A stretch of DNA of 64,000 nt, taken from assembly GCA_963713375.1 (NCBI GenBank), contig CAVQLP010000010.1:7969-71968 (forward strand), in the 5' to 3' direction. This DNA comes from an uncultured Acidimicrobiaceae bacterium (GTDB taxonomy: Bacteria; Actinomycetota; Acidimicrobiia; Acidimicrobiales; RAAP-2). A model generated the notes under the pieces. It saw only the letters and a list, made by a program, of their open reading frames with translations. It searched no databases and was not told where the DNA came from. The translations under genes and the position numbers were made by a program. Numbering within the stretch: the stretch's first letter is position 1; every line of letters starts with the position of its first letter. Below, in pieces: positions 1-10,235 of this stretch.

Positions 1-1021
1 CATCGACCGAAGTGGTCGGTCCCGACGCCGGATCGACGGCGCCGGTCGTCTACGACCCGACCCCGGGACGTCCGCTCGTCCCCTTCGGCGGCGGCATCGA
101 CTCCATCGTCACCGTCGACGCCATCGCCCGTGACCACCCCGACACCGCACTCTGCGTCGTCCACCCGCCGGGGGAACGCTTCGCCGCCATTGAAGATGCG
201 GCCGCCGTCACCGGCCTTCCGGTGCGCCACGTGGGGCGACGGATCGATCCCCAGGTCACGGCGCTCGGCCGAGCTCGGATTCCTCAACGGGCACGTCCCG
301 GTCACCGCCATCGTCACGGCGGCGGCAATCGTCGCCGCCGTGCTCGACGGGCGCGACGCCGTCGTCCTGTCCAACGAGTGGTCGGCGTCGGTGCCCACCC
401 TGGTGGTCGGCGGGCGACCGGTGAACCATCAGTGGTCAAAGGGTGACGAGTTCGAGCGCGACCTCGCCGAGCAGGTGGCCGCGACGTTCGGCCCGGGCCT
501 CGAGGTCTTCTCCTACCTCCGGCCGCGCACCGAGCTGTGGGTCGGCCGTCGCTTCGCCGAGCTCACCGCCTTCCACGGCACCTTCCGCAGCTGCAACCGT
601 GCCTTTCATCAGGATCCGGCGCAGCGCCTCGACCACTGGTGCGGCGTCTGCGACAAGTGCTGCTTCATCGACCTGATCCTGGCTCCCTACATGGGCGCGG
701 CGGCGCTGGCCACCGTCTTCGGCGGGTCCGAGCCCCTCGACAACCCGGCCAACCACGCCCGCTTTCGAACCCTGCTGGGTTTCGAGGCCGACACCAAGCC
801 CTTCGAGTGCGTGGGCGACGTGGACGAGTGCCGGGCTGCGCTCCGGTTGACCGCCCGGCGCGACGACCGGGCCGGCGCCGTGCTCGTGCAACAGCCTCCT
901 GGCCGAGGTCGACGCCGCCTTCCCTGCCGCCGGTTCCGACGACGAGCTGCTCGAACCGCGCGGTCCGCACCGGATCCCTGATCGCTATGCCCCCCCGGAT
1001 CTCCTGGTCCGCGCTCGCTGA
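1..1021 (+). pseudogene. murL: PP-loop / Cys-cluster protein resembling MurL (UDP-MurNAc-L-Ala-L-Glu epimerase); 5' partial; at least 2 frame changes
   Basis: Three frames join into one protein: PFGGGIDSIVT (SGGxDS-like PP-loop), HWCGVCDKCCFIDL (Cys cluster), and RGPHRIPDRYAPPDLLVRAR with stop at 1019-1021. It runs off the 5' edge and overlaps the start of a MurD paralog that is not in a dcw cluster, which is the murL-murD2 arrangement. The family call is from memory of that gene pair. Confidence 0.45.
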
Positions 1022-2379
1022 CGCGACGGGCCCCATCGGCGTCTGGGGCCTCGGCGTCGAGGGCGGAGCCAGCGTGCGCCGGCTCCGGTCCATGGGCCTC
1101 GTCCCCGTGCTGGTCGACGACAGACCCGGCTGCCCCCACCCTCGACGGAACCGAGGTGCTGGCCACCGAGCGGGGCGGGCTCGACGCCCTCGGCACGTGC
1201 GAGGTGGTGGTGAAGAGCCCGGGCATCAGCCGCTACCGGCCCGAGGTGACCGAGCTCGAGTCGGCGGGGGTCATGGTCTGCGGCGGGCTCGGTCTCTTCA
1301 TGGCCGAGGCCGATTCCGAACGCGTGGTGTGCATCACCGGGACCAAGGGGAAGAGCACGACGACGGTCCTGGCCGTCCACCTCCTGCGCGGCCTCGGCGT
1401 CGCGGCCGAGGCGGGCGGCAACATCGGCCGGCCACCCTGGGACCTCGTCCGACGAACCCGAGCCGGACTACTGGGTGATCGAAACCTCGAGCTTCCAGGT
1501 GCCGGACCTCCCGGTGGCGTCACGCGTCGTCGCCGTGACCTCGCTGGCCCCCGACCACCTCGACTGGCACGGGACGGTGGAGCGCTACTACGCCGACAAG
1601 CTCTCGCTCTGCACGAAGCCGGGCGTCGAGCTGGTGCTGGCCAACGGATCCGACGAGCGCCTGCGCGCCGAGGCCGCGCGCCTGGGTGCGCACGTCCGCT
1701 GGGTCACCGACGCGGACGGTGAGGGTGACGCCGGCTGGGCCGGACGAGCTCGGCCTGCGAGGGAAGCACAACGCGCGCAACGCCACCCTGGCCCGCCAGA
1801 TCCTGCTGGCCCTCGGGATCCCGGGCGCGGACGACGACCGGCTCCTCCGCCAGGCGGCGGCCGGATTCGCCGGCCTGCCCAGCCGGTGCCGATCGGTGGG
1901 CACGGTGGGTCCGGTCGAGTTCGTCGACGACAGCCTGTCGACCAACGTGCTGCCGACCGAAGCCGCCCTCGACTGCCTTCGACCGAGTCGGCCGGTGGCG
2001 CTCCTGGTGGGCGGGCACGACCGCGGCGTCGACTACACGCCGCTCGGGCAGGCAGTGGCCCGTCGCACCAGGCCGACCCTCGTGGTGACCATGCCCGACA
2101 ACGGACCCCGCATCGGCGCCGCCGTGCGCGCCGAGGCCGCCGCGGCCGAGGTGGTCGACGCGCGACAGCCTCGAGGAGGCGGTCGCCACCGCCTACGGCT
2201 GGGCGCTCGAAGTGGCCGCCCGCGGCGGCCGCGGGACGGACCGGGGGGACGACGGCGGGGCGGTGGTGCTCCTCTCCCCGGCCGCACCGAGCTTCGGCCG
2301 CTTCAGTGACTACCGGGAGCGGGCGGCTGCGTTCGCCGAGGCGGCCGGCCGCTGCGCCGAGCCGGAGACCGCAGGCTGA
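987..2379 (+). pseudogene. murD2: MurD-family Mur ligase paralog (MurD2-like); at least 4 frame changes
   Basis: Motifs seen: MPPRISWSALADATGPIGVWGLGVEGG, ITGTKGKSTT P-loop, VIETSSFQ, APDHLDWHG, LGLRGKHNARNA, FVDDSLSTN, LLVGGHDRG, LLSPAAPSFGRFSDYRERAAAF. The pieces lie in successive frames starting at 987, 1156, 1475, 1686 and about 2160. Stop at 2377-2379. Confidence 0.65.
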
Positions 2380-3040
2380 TCAGCAGCCGGCGCCGACCGG
2401 AGCCAGCTCGTCACGCTCGCTGAGGAAGAGCCACCACGAGTCGGCCGAGACGGTGGCGGCGGCCTGCACGATGTCGGGGTCCGCACCCAACTCGGCCAAG
2501 GCCTCGACCGACCAGTCGGCGTGCTCGCTCTCCTGGGTGCGGTGGACGTCCCAGAAACACGTGGCCTCGTCGTCGAGCCCGTAGTGCCGCCGCAGCCCGT
2601 CGGACTTGGACGCCGCGATGTCCGAGGCCTGGACCTCGTAGGCCGCCACCATGGCCAGCGCCAACGCCGGGTCGGTCGTGGCCGCCGTGCGCACGAGGGC
2701 CAGCATCGCCGCGGTCGACGGCGTGGCCCGGAGCGTCGTCCGCCGCGCCGGCAGCACGGGCAAACGACTCGAACAGCTCCGTGTGCGGCGCCGGCGTCCC
2801 GAGCTCGTCGGCCAGGTTGGCCTCGACCAGCTCGCGCGCCCGGCCTGGAGGCAAGGCCGACGCGATGGCCTCGAGGGTCACCGGCAGCTCGCGCTCGATG
2901 TGCCGATATTGCTCCGCGTAGGCGGCCAGCTCACCCTCCGACAGGGTCCCGGCCTCCCAACGACGGTAGAAGGGGTGCGTAAGCAAGTGACGCCCGACAA
3001 TCGCCTCCGCCAGCACCTCACGAATTCGTTGAGTGTGCAT
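2380..3040 (-). pseudogene. haem-oxygenase-like (TenA/PqqC/CADD-type) iron-containing redox protein; one frame change near 2760
   Basis: MHTQRIREVL..LTHPFYRRWEAGTLSEGELAAYAEQYRHIERELP, then AYEVQASDIAASKSDGLRRHYGLDDEATCFWDVHRTQESEHADW. ATG at 3038-3040, stop at 2380-2382. Confidence 0.55.
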
Positions 3041-3104
3041 GACGGGCACTGTATCGCCGGCCCGCTCGACCCACTCTCGGGCGGCAAAGCCCCAGCAAGG
3101 CACA

Positions 3105-3998
3105 ATGCTGGCCGTGCTCAGCCTGATCTGCTTCTTCGCGGGAGGGATCCTGGGCTGGGCCACGGCGCAGGGCGGCCCGGCCGTCCAGCGCTCCTGGCCG
3201 GTGGTGTTGCGGATTCAGATCCTGGCCACGTCGGCCACCCTCTCGCTGGTGGCGGTCTGGCGGCTGACGTCGATCGGCGAGCTGCTGGGCCCGCTCGGCC
3301 TGGCCGCGGGGCTCTGGGTCATGTTCGTCTGCTCGCAGGCGACGCGGGGCCGTCGCAGCGCCGGTGACGGCTGCCCTCGAAGCCTGGGCGGTCAGCCCGA
3401 ACAGCGGATTCTGGGTGGTGCCGGCGGCCACGGCCTTCGCCGGTGCCGACCGGAGCGATGATCGCCGTGCTGGCCAACGTGATCACGTCGGCCTGGTCGG
3501 CCGCGTGCGTGCACCTGATGCGCCGCGACGCGCCGATCCGCCAACGTCGGGCCACCTCCTGGGTCGACCAGTCGCCGATCCTGGCCTCCTTCGCCGGGCT
3601 CGTCCTCCTCGCCATCGACCCGGCGCCCGCCTGGAGCTCAGACGTCCTGACGCTGGCCGGACCGCTCCTGGCCTTCTCGGGCGCTGCGCTCTTCACCGGA
3701 TCGATGCTCCATCCGCACAACGTGGGCGTGGTCCGGACCGAGCACGCGTTGCGCCGCTGGACCTGGCTGACCGGCGTCCGGGTGGCCTACTACCTCGTGC
3801 TCGTCGCCATCGCCGCGCTGGCCTCCTCCACCGCGCTGGCGGTGGTGGCCGTGCTCAGCGGGCTCAGCGCACCGTCGTTCCAGCCCGTGCAGCAGGCCGT
3901 CCTCTACGGCTACCGCTCCGAAGTCGTCATGACCGCCATCCGCTGGGGCTGGGTCCTGGTCCCCGCTCGGGCTGGGGCTGGCTGCCCTCATCCGATGA
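3105..3998 (+). pseudogene. hypothetical polytopic membrane protein; frame changes; 3' end uncertain
   Basis: Hydrophobic helices include MLAVLSLICFFAGGILGW, ILATSATLSLVAVW, GPLGLAAGLWVMFV, MIAVLANVITSAWSAACV, ILASFAGLVLLAI, VAYYLVLVAIAALASSTALAVVAVL. No family recognised. Confidence 0.3.
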
Positions 3999-4052
3999 GA
4001 ACCGGTGCCCCTGCTCGCCCTTGCCGGTCGGGGACACGACACGGCGTCTGCC

Positions 4053-5985
4053 TCAGGGCGCGCCCATGGCGACGATCGGCGCGTTCAACGCGATCGAACC
4101 GGTCGAGCCGTCGAAGGGGGCGTCGCCGTAGTTGAAGATGCCGCCGTCGGAGGCGACGAGCCAGTAGCCGCCGCCGTCCGGTGTCGGTGCCATGCCGACG
4201 ACCGGACGGTTCAGATGCAGGGCGCCGGCCGAGCCGTGGAACGCGGCGTCGCCGAAGGCGAAGATGCCGCCGTCGGAGGCGACGAGCCAGTAGCCGGCGC
4301 CGTCAGACGTGGCCGCCATGCCCACGACGGGTTGGTTCAGGTGGATGGAACCCGTCGAGCCGTGGAACCTCGCGTCGCCGAAGCTGAAGACGCCGCCGTC
4401 GGAGGCCACGAGCCAGTAGCCGTGGCCATCGGGCGTGGGCGCCATGCCCACGATGGGGCGGTTGAGCGGCAGGCCACCCGTCGAGCCATAGAAGCCGGCG
4501 TCTCCGAAGCTGAAGACACCGCCGTCGGAGGCGACGAGCCAGTAGCCACCGCCGTCGGGAGTGGCGGCCATGCCCACGACCGGCTTGACGAGCGCGAGCG
4601 ACCCGGTCGAGCCGTGGAAGCCGGCATCGCCGTAGGTGAAGATCCCTCCGTCGGAGGCGACGAGCCAGTACCCGCCGCCGTCGCGGGTCGCTGCCACCCC
4701 GACGACCGGCTTGTTCAGCGGGATGCCTCCGTGTGATCCGCAGAAAGGCAGATTGCCGTAGTCGAAGATGCCACCGTCGGAGGCTGCCATGAGATAGCCG
4801 GTCGGTGACGCGCGGCGCAGTGCACGGCACCTGCCCCGTCGCGTTCGGCAAGTCGATGCGAGCGACGAAGAGCTGGCGGGCCGCACCGCACGAGTAGCTG
4901 GTGCAGCCGGCCGAGCCGCCTTGCCAGGCGGCGTAGTCGATCCACCACGACCCGGCCGCATCGGAGAAGAGTGCACCGCCACCGGGCCCCAACACCGACC
5001 CGTAGCTCCCGAGAATTTGGCTCTGCGCGCCGCACGGCCCGAGCGGGCCGGTGCACGAAGCGATTCCCTCGGAGTAGGACGGACTCGTGTAGACGCCGGC
5101 CGAGAACAACAGGTAGAAGCCGCCGCTGGCCGATTCCATGGACGGATCCTCGACCGTGTTCTCCCACGGGTAGGCGACGGTGTTGTTCGTCAGGAGCTCG
5201 ACGGGACTCGATCCGGCGGCAAAGCCAGTGCCGCTGGCGTTCAGCTGCTGACCCCAGATGTAGGCCGGGGCGCTCGAGCCGCCGTCGTTCTGCTTCCACA
5301 CGAGATAGGCGGTCCCGGTAGCGGGATCGACGTACGGTTCGGGATCGATCGACCCGGTCGCCTGGCAGAGCAGGGGCGCATCGGCGACGTCGTTGAAGTG
5401 GACACCGTCCGGTGCAATGGAGGCGGCCGTGGCCACGGCCAAGCAGTCGGCCCCGGTGTCGGAGCCATGACCGGACTGCGCCGCGTCGTAGAACATGACC
5501 CAATGGCCGCCGTACTGGAAGACCCCGGGCGAGGTCTGTGTGTTGGGCTGCTCCCATCCCGAGGGGCTTGCGAGCGCCGTCGAGCCGAAGCACTGGCCCG
5601 TGTAGGACCCGTACCCCGAATTGGGCGAGGACGAGACCAGGGCCGCAATGTTGTTGCCCAACGCGTTCCCGGTGGAGAAGGCGTAGTACGTCCCGGCTGA
5701 GTAGACGACCTGCGGATCGGCCGCATCGCCGCTGCCCTCGTAGTTGTAGGCGGGGCTGCCGGTCCCGCAGGCGGCGTTGGGCACGAAGGCGGGAGACGGG
5801 CTCGGCGCGACCGCGACCCCGTGGGCGGTGGAGATGGCCGCGGCGCCCAGCGGCGCGGCCAGCACACTCATCAGGACGATCGCCAACGCCGCCACACCGG
5901 TGATGCGCCTCAAGAGTTCCCTTCCACGACGCCCCACCTGAGCCTGCAACGCGAACGGTTCGCATTTGTGAAACGAGGTCGTCAC
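4053..5985 (-). pseudogene. secreted GH43-like glycoside hydrolase domain fused to a six-repeat C-terminal module; one frame change near 4800
   Basis: Signal-like N-terminus RRITGVAALAIVLMSVLAAPLGAAA. GH43-like body: [67 protein letters not shown]. This is followed by [10 protein letters not shown][IV]FxFGDAxFxGS repeats. Confidence 0.6.
4056..4805 (-). repeat. six tandem 126-bp (42-aa) coding repeats (propeller-blade-like)
   Basis: The unit [42 protein letters not shown] is read six times in the 4053..4982 translation. Confidence 0.8.
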
Positions 5986-6080
5986 ACGGCGCCGGTCAAC
6001 TCTCCGACGTCCCGATTCTGCCCTCCACCCCGTGCCCAGGAGTGGACCCTGCGAAACGGTCCGGCCTCAGAATTGCTGGC

Positions 6081-6408
6081 TCAGTGGTCAACCGCCCGTT
6101 CGAGCTCCGCCTTGGTCATCTTCGAGCGGCCCGGCACGCCCTTGCGACGCGCCTCGGCGTAGAGCTGGTCCTTGGTGCGCCCACCGGCTCCCTTGTGCGA
6201 CCTGAGGCCTCCTCGTCGTCCCGATGAGATGTCGTGGATGGACGCCGTACTGGCCTGTTCGACTCTCGCCGGCCCGGGCCCGCTCTTTGTTGACGGTGCG
6301 CGCTGCGATCTCCGAGGCAAGCTCGTCCGAGTCTCCTCGTTCCTCGAGCCCATCCTTGATGTGTTCGTACTGACGTTCGCGCTTGGCGCTCCACGTTCGT
6401 TGCGGCAT
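6081..6408 (-). pseudogene. small Rho_N (Rho termination factor N-terminal-like) domain protein; one frame change near 6270
   Basis: MPQRTWSAKRERQYEHIKDGLEERGDSDELASEIAARTVNKERARAGE joins ..DISSGRRGGLRSHKGAGGRTKDQLYAEARRKGVPGRSKMTKAELERAVDH. Confidence 0.55.
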
Positions 6409-6582
6409 CGGCTTCCTCCTTCTTGCTTGCGCCGTTCACGGGTTGTGCCGCGTGCACCTTTCGCCGCTGCGCACCCGCCCACGCGTCTCGTACCCGCGCC
6501 GTGGGTCGTGAAACCGACGACGCACGAGCCTACGAACATTGCCCGTATCACCGCGCCGCATCAGGGGTGTCCCCTCGACTTC

Positions 6583-6607
6583 GCTTGACGCGCCGAGATG
6601 CGGGTAT
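6583..6607 (+). promoter_or_regulatory. possible SigF/SigB-type stress promoter (GCTT-N15-GGGTAT) for the CsbD gene
   Basis: GGGTAT at 6602-6607 and GCTT at 6583-6586, about 30 nt upstream of the ATG. The RBS GAAGGAGG lies between them. The match to the remembered GTTT-N15-17-GGGTAT consensus is imperfect. Confidence 0.3.
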
Positions 6608-6636
6608 CACAACAATTCCCCCACTGAAGGAGGCTC

Positions 6637-6810
6637 ATGTCAGCCGAAGACAAAGTGAAGAACGCGACGCAATCCGCCAAGGGCGCGGCCAAGGACCTGG
6701 CCGGGCGCGTCAAGGATGACAAGTCGCTCGAGGCAGAGGGCAAGGCCGACCGCGCCAAGGCGGACCTGAAACAGGCCGGCGAGAAGGTCAAGGACGCGTT
6801 CAGGCGCTAA
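6637..6810 (+). CDS. CsbD family stress-response protein (57 aa; too short for the ORF track)
   Basis: Hand translation: MSAEDKVKNATQSAKGAAKDLAGRVKDDKSLEAEGKADRAKADLKQAGEKVKDAFRR. GAAGGAGG RBS lies 4 nt upstream. TAA at 6808-6810. Confidence 0.85.
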   Translation: MSAEDKVKNATQSAKGAAKDLAGRVKDDKSLEAEGKADRAKADLKQAGEKVKDAFRR

Positions 6811-6823
6811 TCGAGGATCGGGT

Positions 6824-6859
6824 GGGAAGGAGGAGTCCGAGTCCGGGCTCCTCCTTCCC
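6824..6859 (+). terminator. perfect 12-bp stem hairpin after the CsbD gene
   Basis: GGGAAGGAGGAG (6824-6835), a 12-nt loop, then CTCCTCCTTCCC (6848-6859). There is no U-tract, as is common in high-GC actinobacteria. Confidence 0.55.
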
Positions 6860-6985
6860 TCGCGTCCCAGACAGCTTTCGCCGCCCCCGTCACCCAGACC
6901 ACACGGAAAGGAGCACCCAGCTGCCATCGCCTCGTAGCGACGCCACCCGCCCTCTCAAGACTCCCAGTCCGGCCCAAGTCGGTTC

Positions 6986-7655
6986 CTGGGTGCGGAGTCC
7001 CGGTTTCGTCTCGCTGTCGCGACCGGGGTCGGTGCGCTCGTCGTCCTCGTCATCGGATCGGTGGTCAAGAACTGGCGATCCGATATGCCGGGCTGGCGCC
7101 TGGCGGTGGAGGTCGCGTCCACCCCTGGTCTTCCTGTCGCTCGCCATCCCCTGCGTCAGGGCCACGGCGCACGAGCTCGACCAAATGGCCAGACGGCGTG
7201 GCGGTCGAGGCGCCGCCAGCTCCATGAGGGTGATCACCACGATGGTGGGTTACTTCGCGGTGCTCCTCCTGGCCCTTGGCCTGACCGACTACCCACTCGG
7301 ACATCTCCTCCTCGGGGGTGCCATCGTCGGCGTCATCCTCGGTATTGCGGCGCAACAGAGCCTGGGCAACGTCTTCGCGGGTCTGGTTCTGCTGGCCGCC
7401 CGTCCCTTCACCGTTGGGAATTACATCCGGGTCAGATCCGGCGCACTCGGCGGGGAGTTCACCGGCGCCGTGCTCACGCTGAGCTTGACCTACGTCACCA
7501 TTGCAACTCCCGAGGGTGTGCTCAAGGTCCCGAACTCGTCAGTCATGGCCTCCGCCGTGGGTCCGATCGTGCGTCCCCCGGCCAGACCAGCACCGAAGTC
7601 GCGAGCGAACGAAGCGAGGCCGCGGGGCACGTTTCTGTGCACTGATTCGGGGTAG
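6986..7655 (+). pseudogene. MscS-family mechanosensitive channel (small); 5' end unresolved; one frame change near 7100
   Basis: TM helix AVATGVGALVVLVIGSVV is in one frame. In the next frame: VITTMVGYFAVLLLALGL..LLLGGAIVGVILGIAAQQSLGNVFAGLVLLAARPFTVGNYIRV. No canonical start codon was found upstream of the first helix. Confidence 0.5.
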
Positions 7656-7691
7656 CCCCCCGGGAGAGAAACAACCCCATAGCCATTCGAG

Positions 7692-8300
7692 GTGGAACAC
7701 ATGTCGGCCGACACGATGACGCAAGGTGATGCGCTCGATCTGCTCGAGCAAGAAGATCTCGAGTTACGCAGCCTCTTCGCGCACATGCGAACCAATCACG
7801 GTGATTCCGTGGTTGCGCGCGCAGACTACGGCGACCTGGCGAAGACTGCGATTCAGCACTTCGCCACCCGAGAAGCAGCCCTGACAGAGGTCGTTGCGGT
7901 CGTGAACGACGCGCCTGAGTTGGCGGAGGTGGTGGCACGGATCGCGTCGGACACCGAGGTTCGTCGTCCTCTGATCAGCCGGGTGGAGAAGATGTCCCGC
8001 GGCGTGCCGCCCAACAATCTCAACCAGGGTCAAGATTTCGACAGCGCCTTGCGGGAGGCCATCGGCGAGGTCGGCACGGAGATCGAGTGGGATCTCGACG
8101 TCGCGCTCCCGGCCATGAAGGCTGTCATCAGGGGGAGCGGCCGCTCCGAGGAGCTCAAGAGTGCACAGCACGTCGCTCGGCACGCCCCGACAAACCTGCA
8201 TCCAGGCGGGCCACGGTGGTTCGAACGTGCGCCGGTGATTTCGCGGCTCATCACGTTGTACGACCGCATGCGGGACTACCCGATGCACAAGAGCCGCTAG
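7692..8300 (+). CDS. hemerythrin domain-containing protein
   Basis: Intact 202-aa ORF. DALDLLEQEDLELRSLFAHM and the later helical segments resemble actinobacterial hemerythrin-HHE proteins. Confidence 0.65.
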   Translation: MEHMSADTMTQGDALDLLEQEDLELRSLFAHMRTNHGDSVVARADYGDLAKTAIQHFATREAALTEVVAVVNDAPELAEVVARIASDTEVRRPLISRVEKMSRGVPPNNLNQGQDFDSALREAIGEVGTEIEWDLDVALPAMKAVIRGSGRSEELKSAQHVARHAPTNLHPGGPRWFERAPVISRLITLYDRMRDYPMHKSR

Positions 8301-8313
8301 CTCGGGTCGGTCG

Positions 8314-8844
8314 TCAAGCGAGAGACGAACGGCGCGACCGCAGTTTGCGGTTCTTGATCCGGTTGCCGCACGTGGCCATGTCGCACCAGGCGCCGCGAGC
8401 GGCGTGGGAGCGGTCATAGAAGGCCCAAAGACACTCGTCGTTGCGGCAGGCCTTCAATCGCCTCCAGCTGCCGTCGCGCTGCGCGTCACGAGCGATAAGG
8501 ATGAGGTCTGCGAAACGAACCGACCCAGTCCCGATCTCAGCATTCAAATCGATCAGGCCTTCATCGCGCACCACGAGGCGAAAGTGAGCGGTGCCCGCCA
8601 ACACACGCAAGGGCTTGAGCTGCGCGGCAGTTGGCACGTCACCGCCACCGTTGTGGACGAGCAGCGACCGAATGCTCTCGCGGAAGGCGCGAGCCGTCTC
8701 GAGTTCGGCCAACGTCAGCGGTACGCCGTCCAAGAGTCCGGCCTCGGTGAGCCACGTGCGCCCAGTGTCCAGGTCGTCGAGGAGATCCACTCCCGTGTCC
8801 GCTTCGTAGGTATTCACAAAGGACTGGACCAGAAGCAGCGGCAT
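8314..8844 (-). CDS. CGNR zinc-finger (ABATE domain) protein
   Basis: LLLVQSFVNTYE (ABATE N-terminus) and C-terminal LKACRNDECLWAFYDRSHAARGAWCDMATCGNRIKNRKLR (CGNR motif). The ORF is open to 8916, but M25 at 8844 fits the family N-terminus. Confidence 0.8.
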   Translation of the reverse strand: MPLLLVQSFVNTYEADTGVDLLDDLDTGRTWLTEAGLLDGVPLTLAELETARAFRESIRSLLVHNGGGDVPTAAQLKPLRVLAGTAHFRLVVRDEGLIDLNAEIGTGSVRFADLILIARDAQRDGSWRRLKACRNDECLWAFYDRSHAARGAWCDMATCGNRIKNRKLRSRRSSLA

Positions 8845-9062
8845 GGGGGCCGGCTTCGTCTCGATCTCCGGAACCCAGGTCGGAAGTGCAAGAACCACGA
8901 CCACAGCATACTTCACCCAGTGACCTATAAAACCACTTGACTGGTCATGCAGTGACCCTCATAATGGTTTTGATGGTCATGGTCGATGGCAGCCCCAAAT
9001 GGTCCCGACGAGCACCCACCGTGGTTCTGCTCCAAGAGCAGAGTTCGCTCGGCTTGTGCCAC

Positions 9063-9476
9063 GTGCACCTCAGGGACCGGATCCACGCTCGGGTGCGCAC
9101 GACGAGTCTCGACCACCAGCTCGCGGAGGGGGCCTCTCCTGAATCGAGTGTGCCGATCGCCCTGCACGCGGCCCGGCTCTGTCGGCCGAAGGAGCGACGG
9201 AGCCTGGCCGCGAGCCTGCGAGAAGTCGCCGCGGCGGCTCGTGGTTCCCGGCGGACGCGGGCCCCGATCAACCGGGAAAGTATCCGGCTCGCGTTGGCCG
9301 AGCTCGAAACGCTGGCCGGACGGCTCGAATCCAACGGGCCAATCGACGTCAGAGGCGTCGCCAGAGTCCGCATGCTGCTCGGAGACGGGGCCGGTCCGCT
9401 CTACCGTCGAACCACTCCGGGGCGCCTGCGACGAGAGCTGGTGTCGGTCCTGGTTGCCTGCGACGCACTCGACTAA
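9063..9476 (+). CDS. hypothetical protein (actinobacterial conserved type)
   Basis: The ORF is open from 8937. GTG at 9063 precedes the part that looks conserved: RIHARVRTTSLDHQLAEGASPESSVPIALHAARL..SLREVAAAA..LESNGPIDVRGVARVRMLLGDGAGPLY. No function inferred. Confidence 0.4.
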   Translation: MHLRDRIHARVRTTSLDHQLAEGASPESSVPIALHAARLCRPKERRSLAASLREVAAAARGSRRTRAPINRESIRLALAELETLAGRLESNGPIDVRGVARVRMLLGDGAGPLYRRTTPGRLRRELVSVLVACDALD

Positions 9477-9500
9477 CGGTTCGAGACGAGCGCGACCCGA

Positions 9501-10235
9501 CTACGTCAGCACGTCGTCGCGAGCCGCCAGAATGGCCCGCAGGCGGGCCTCGACCTCCGTGGTGCTGTGGTCGTCGGTGAACACATAGGGTCGTCCTCGC
9601 CGGATGGCGTCGAGAACGTTTCTCGCGACCGAAGAGGGTTCGACGACTCCCACCGGATTCATCCCAGTCCGGATCATGCCCGGCATGACCACACTGACGC
9701 CGACCGGAGCGCCCATCGCCGCCAGCTCGGCCCGCAACACGTCGCTCAGACCCAGCACGGCGTGCTTCGCCACGGTGTAGGGCCCGATTCCAGGGAGGGC
9801 AAGCACAGCGGCCATCGAGGACGTGTTGACGACGTGACCTTCCTCGCCCGAGGCCAGGATCAGCGGAACGAAGCTGCGCACGCCGTGGATCACACCCCAG
9901 AGATTCGTGTCGATCACGCGATGCCAGTCCTCGAGCGGCAGTTCCCATGAATTCCCGCCATTCACGATGCCAGCATTGTTCACCGCGACATGGAGCGCTC
10001 CGAACGCGTCGATGGCCAGCTGGCCGGCTCGTTCGACCGAACCCTGATCGCTTACGTCGACGACCACGGGTACCACGGCGTCGCCGATCCGCCTGGACTC
10101 TGCGGCGAGCGCCGACTCGTTGATATCGGCCATCACGACACGCATGCCTTCCGCGACGAAGGCTTCGACCAGAGCCAGGCCGATTCCGCTGGCTGCTCCG
10201 GTCACGACGCCAACTCGATCACGAAAGACCTGCAC
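9501..10235 (-). CDS. SDR family oxidoreductase
   Basis: VTGAASGIGLA (TGxxxGIG), NNAG, and S..YTVAKHAV (YxxxK) in an intact 244-aa ORF. Confidence 0.9.
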   Translation of the reverse strand: MQVFRDRVGVVTGAASGIGLALVEAFVAEGMRVVMADINESALAAESRRIGDAVVPVVVDVSDQGSVERAGQLAIDAFGALHVAVNNAGIVNGGNSWELPLEDWHRVIDTNLWGVIHGVRSFVPLILASGEEGHVVNTSSMAAVLALPGIGPYTVAKHAVLGLSDVLRAELAAMGAPVGVSVVMPGMIRTGMNPVGVVEPSSVARNVLDAIRRGRPYVFTDDHSTTEVEARLRAILAARDDVLT

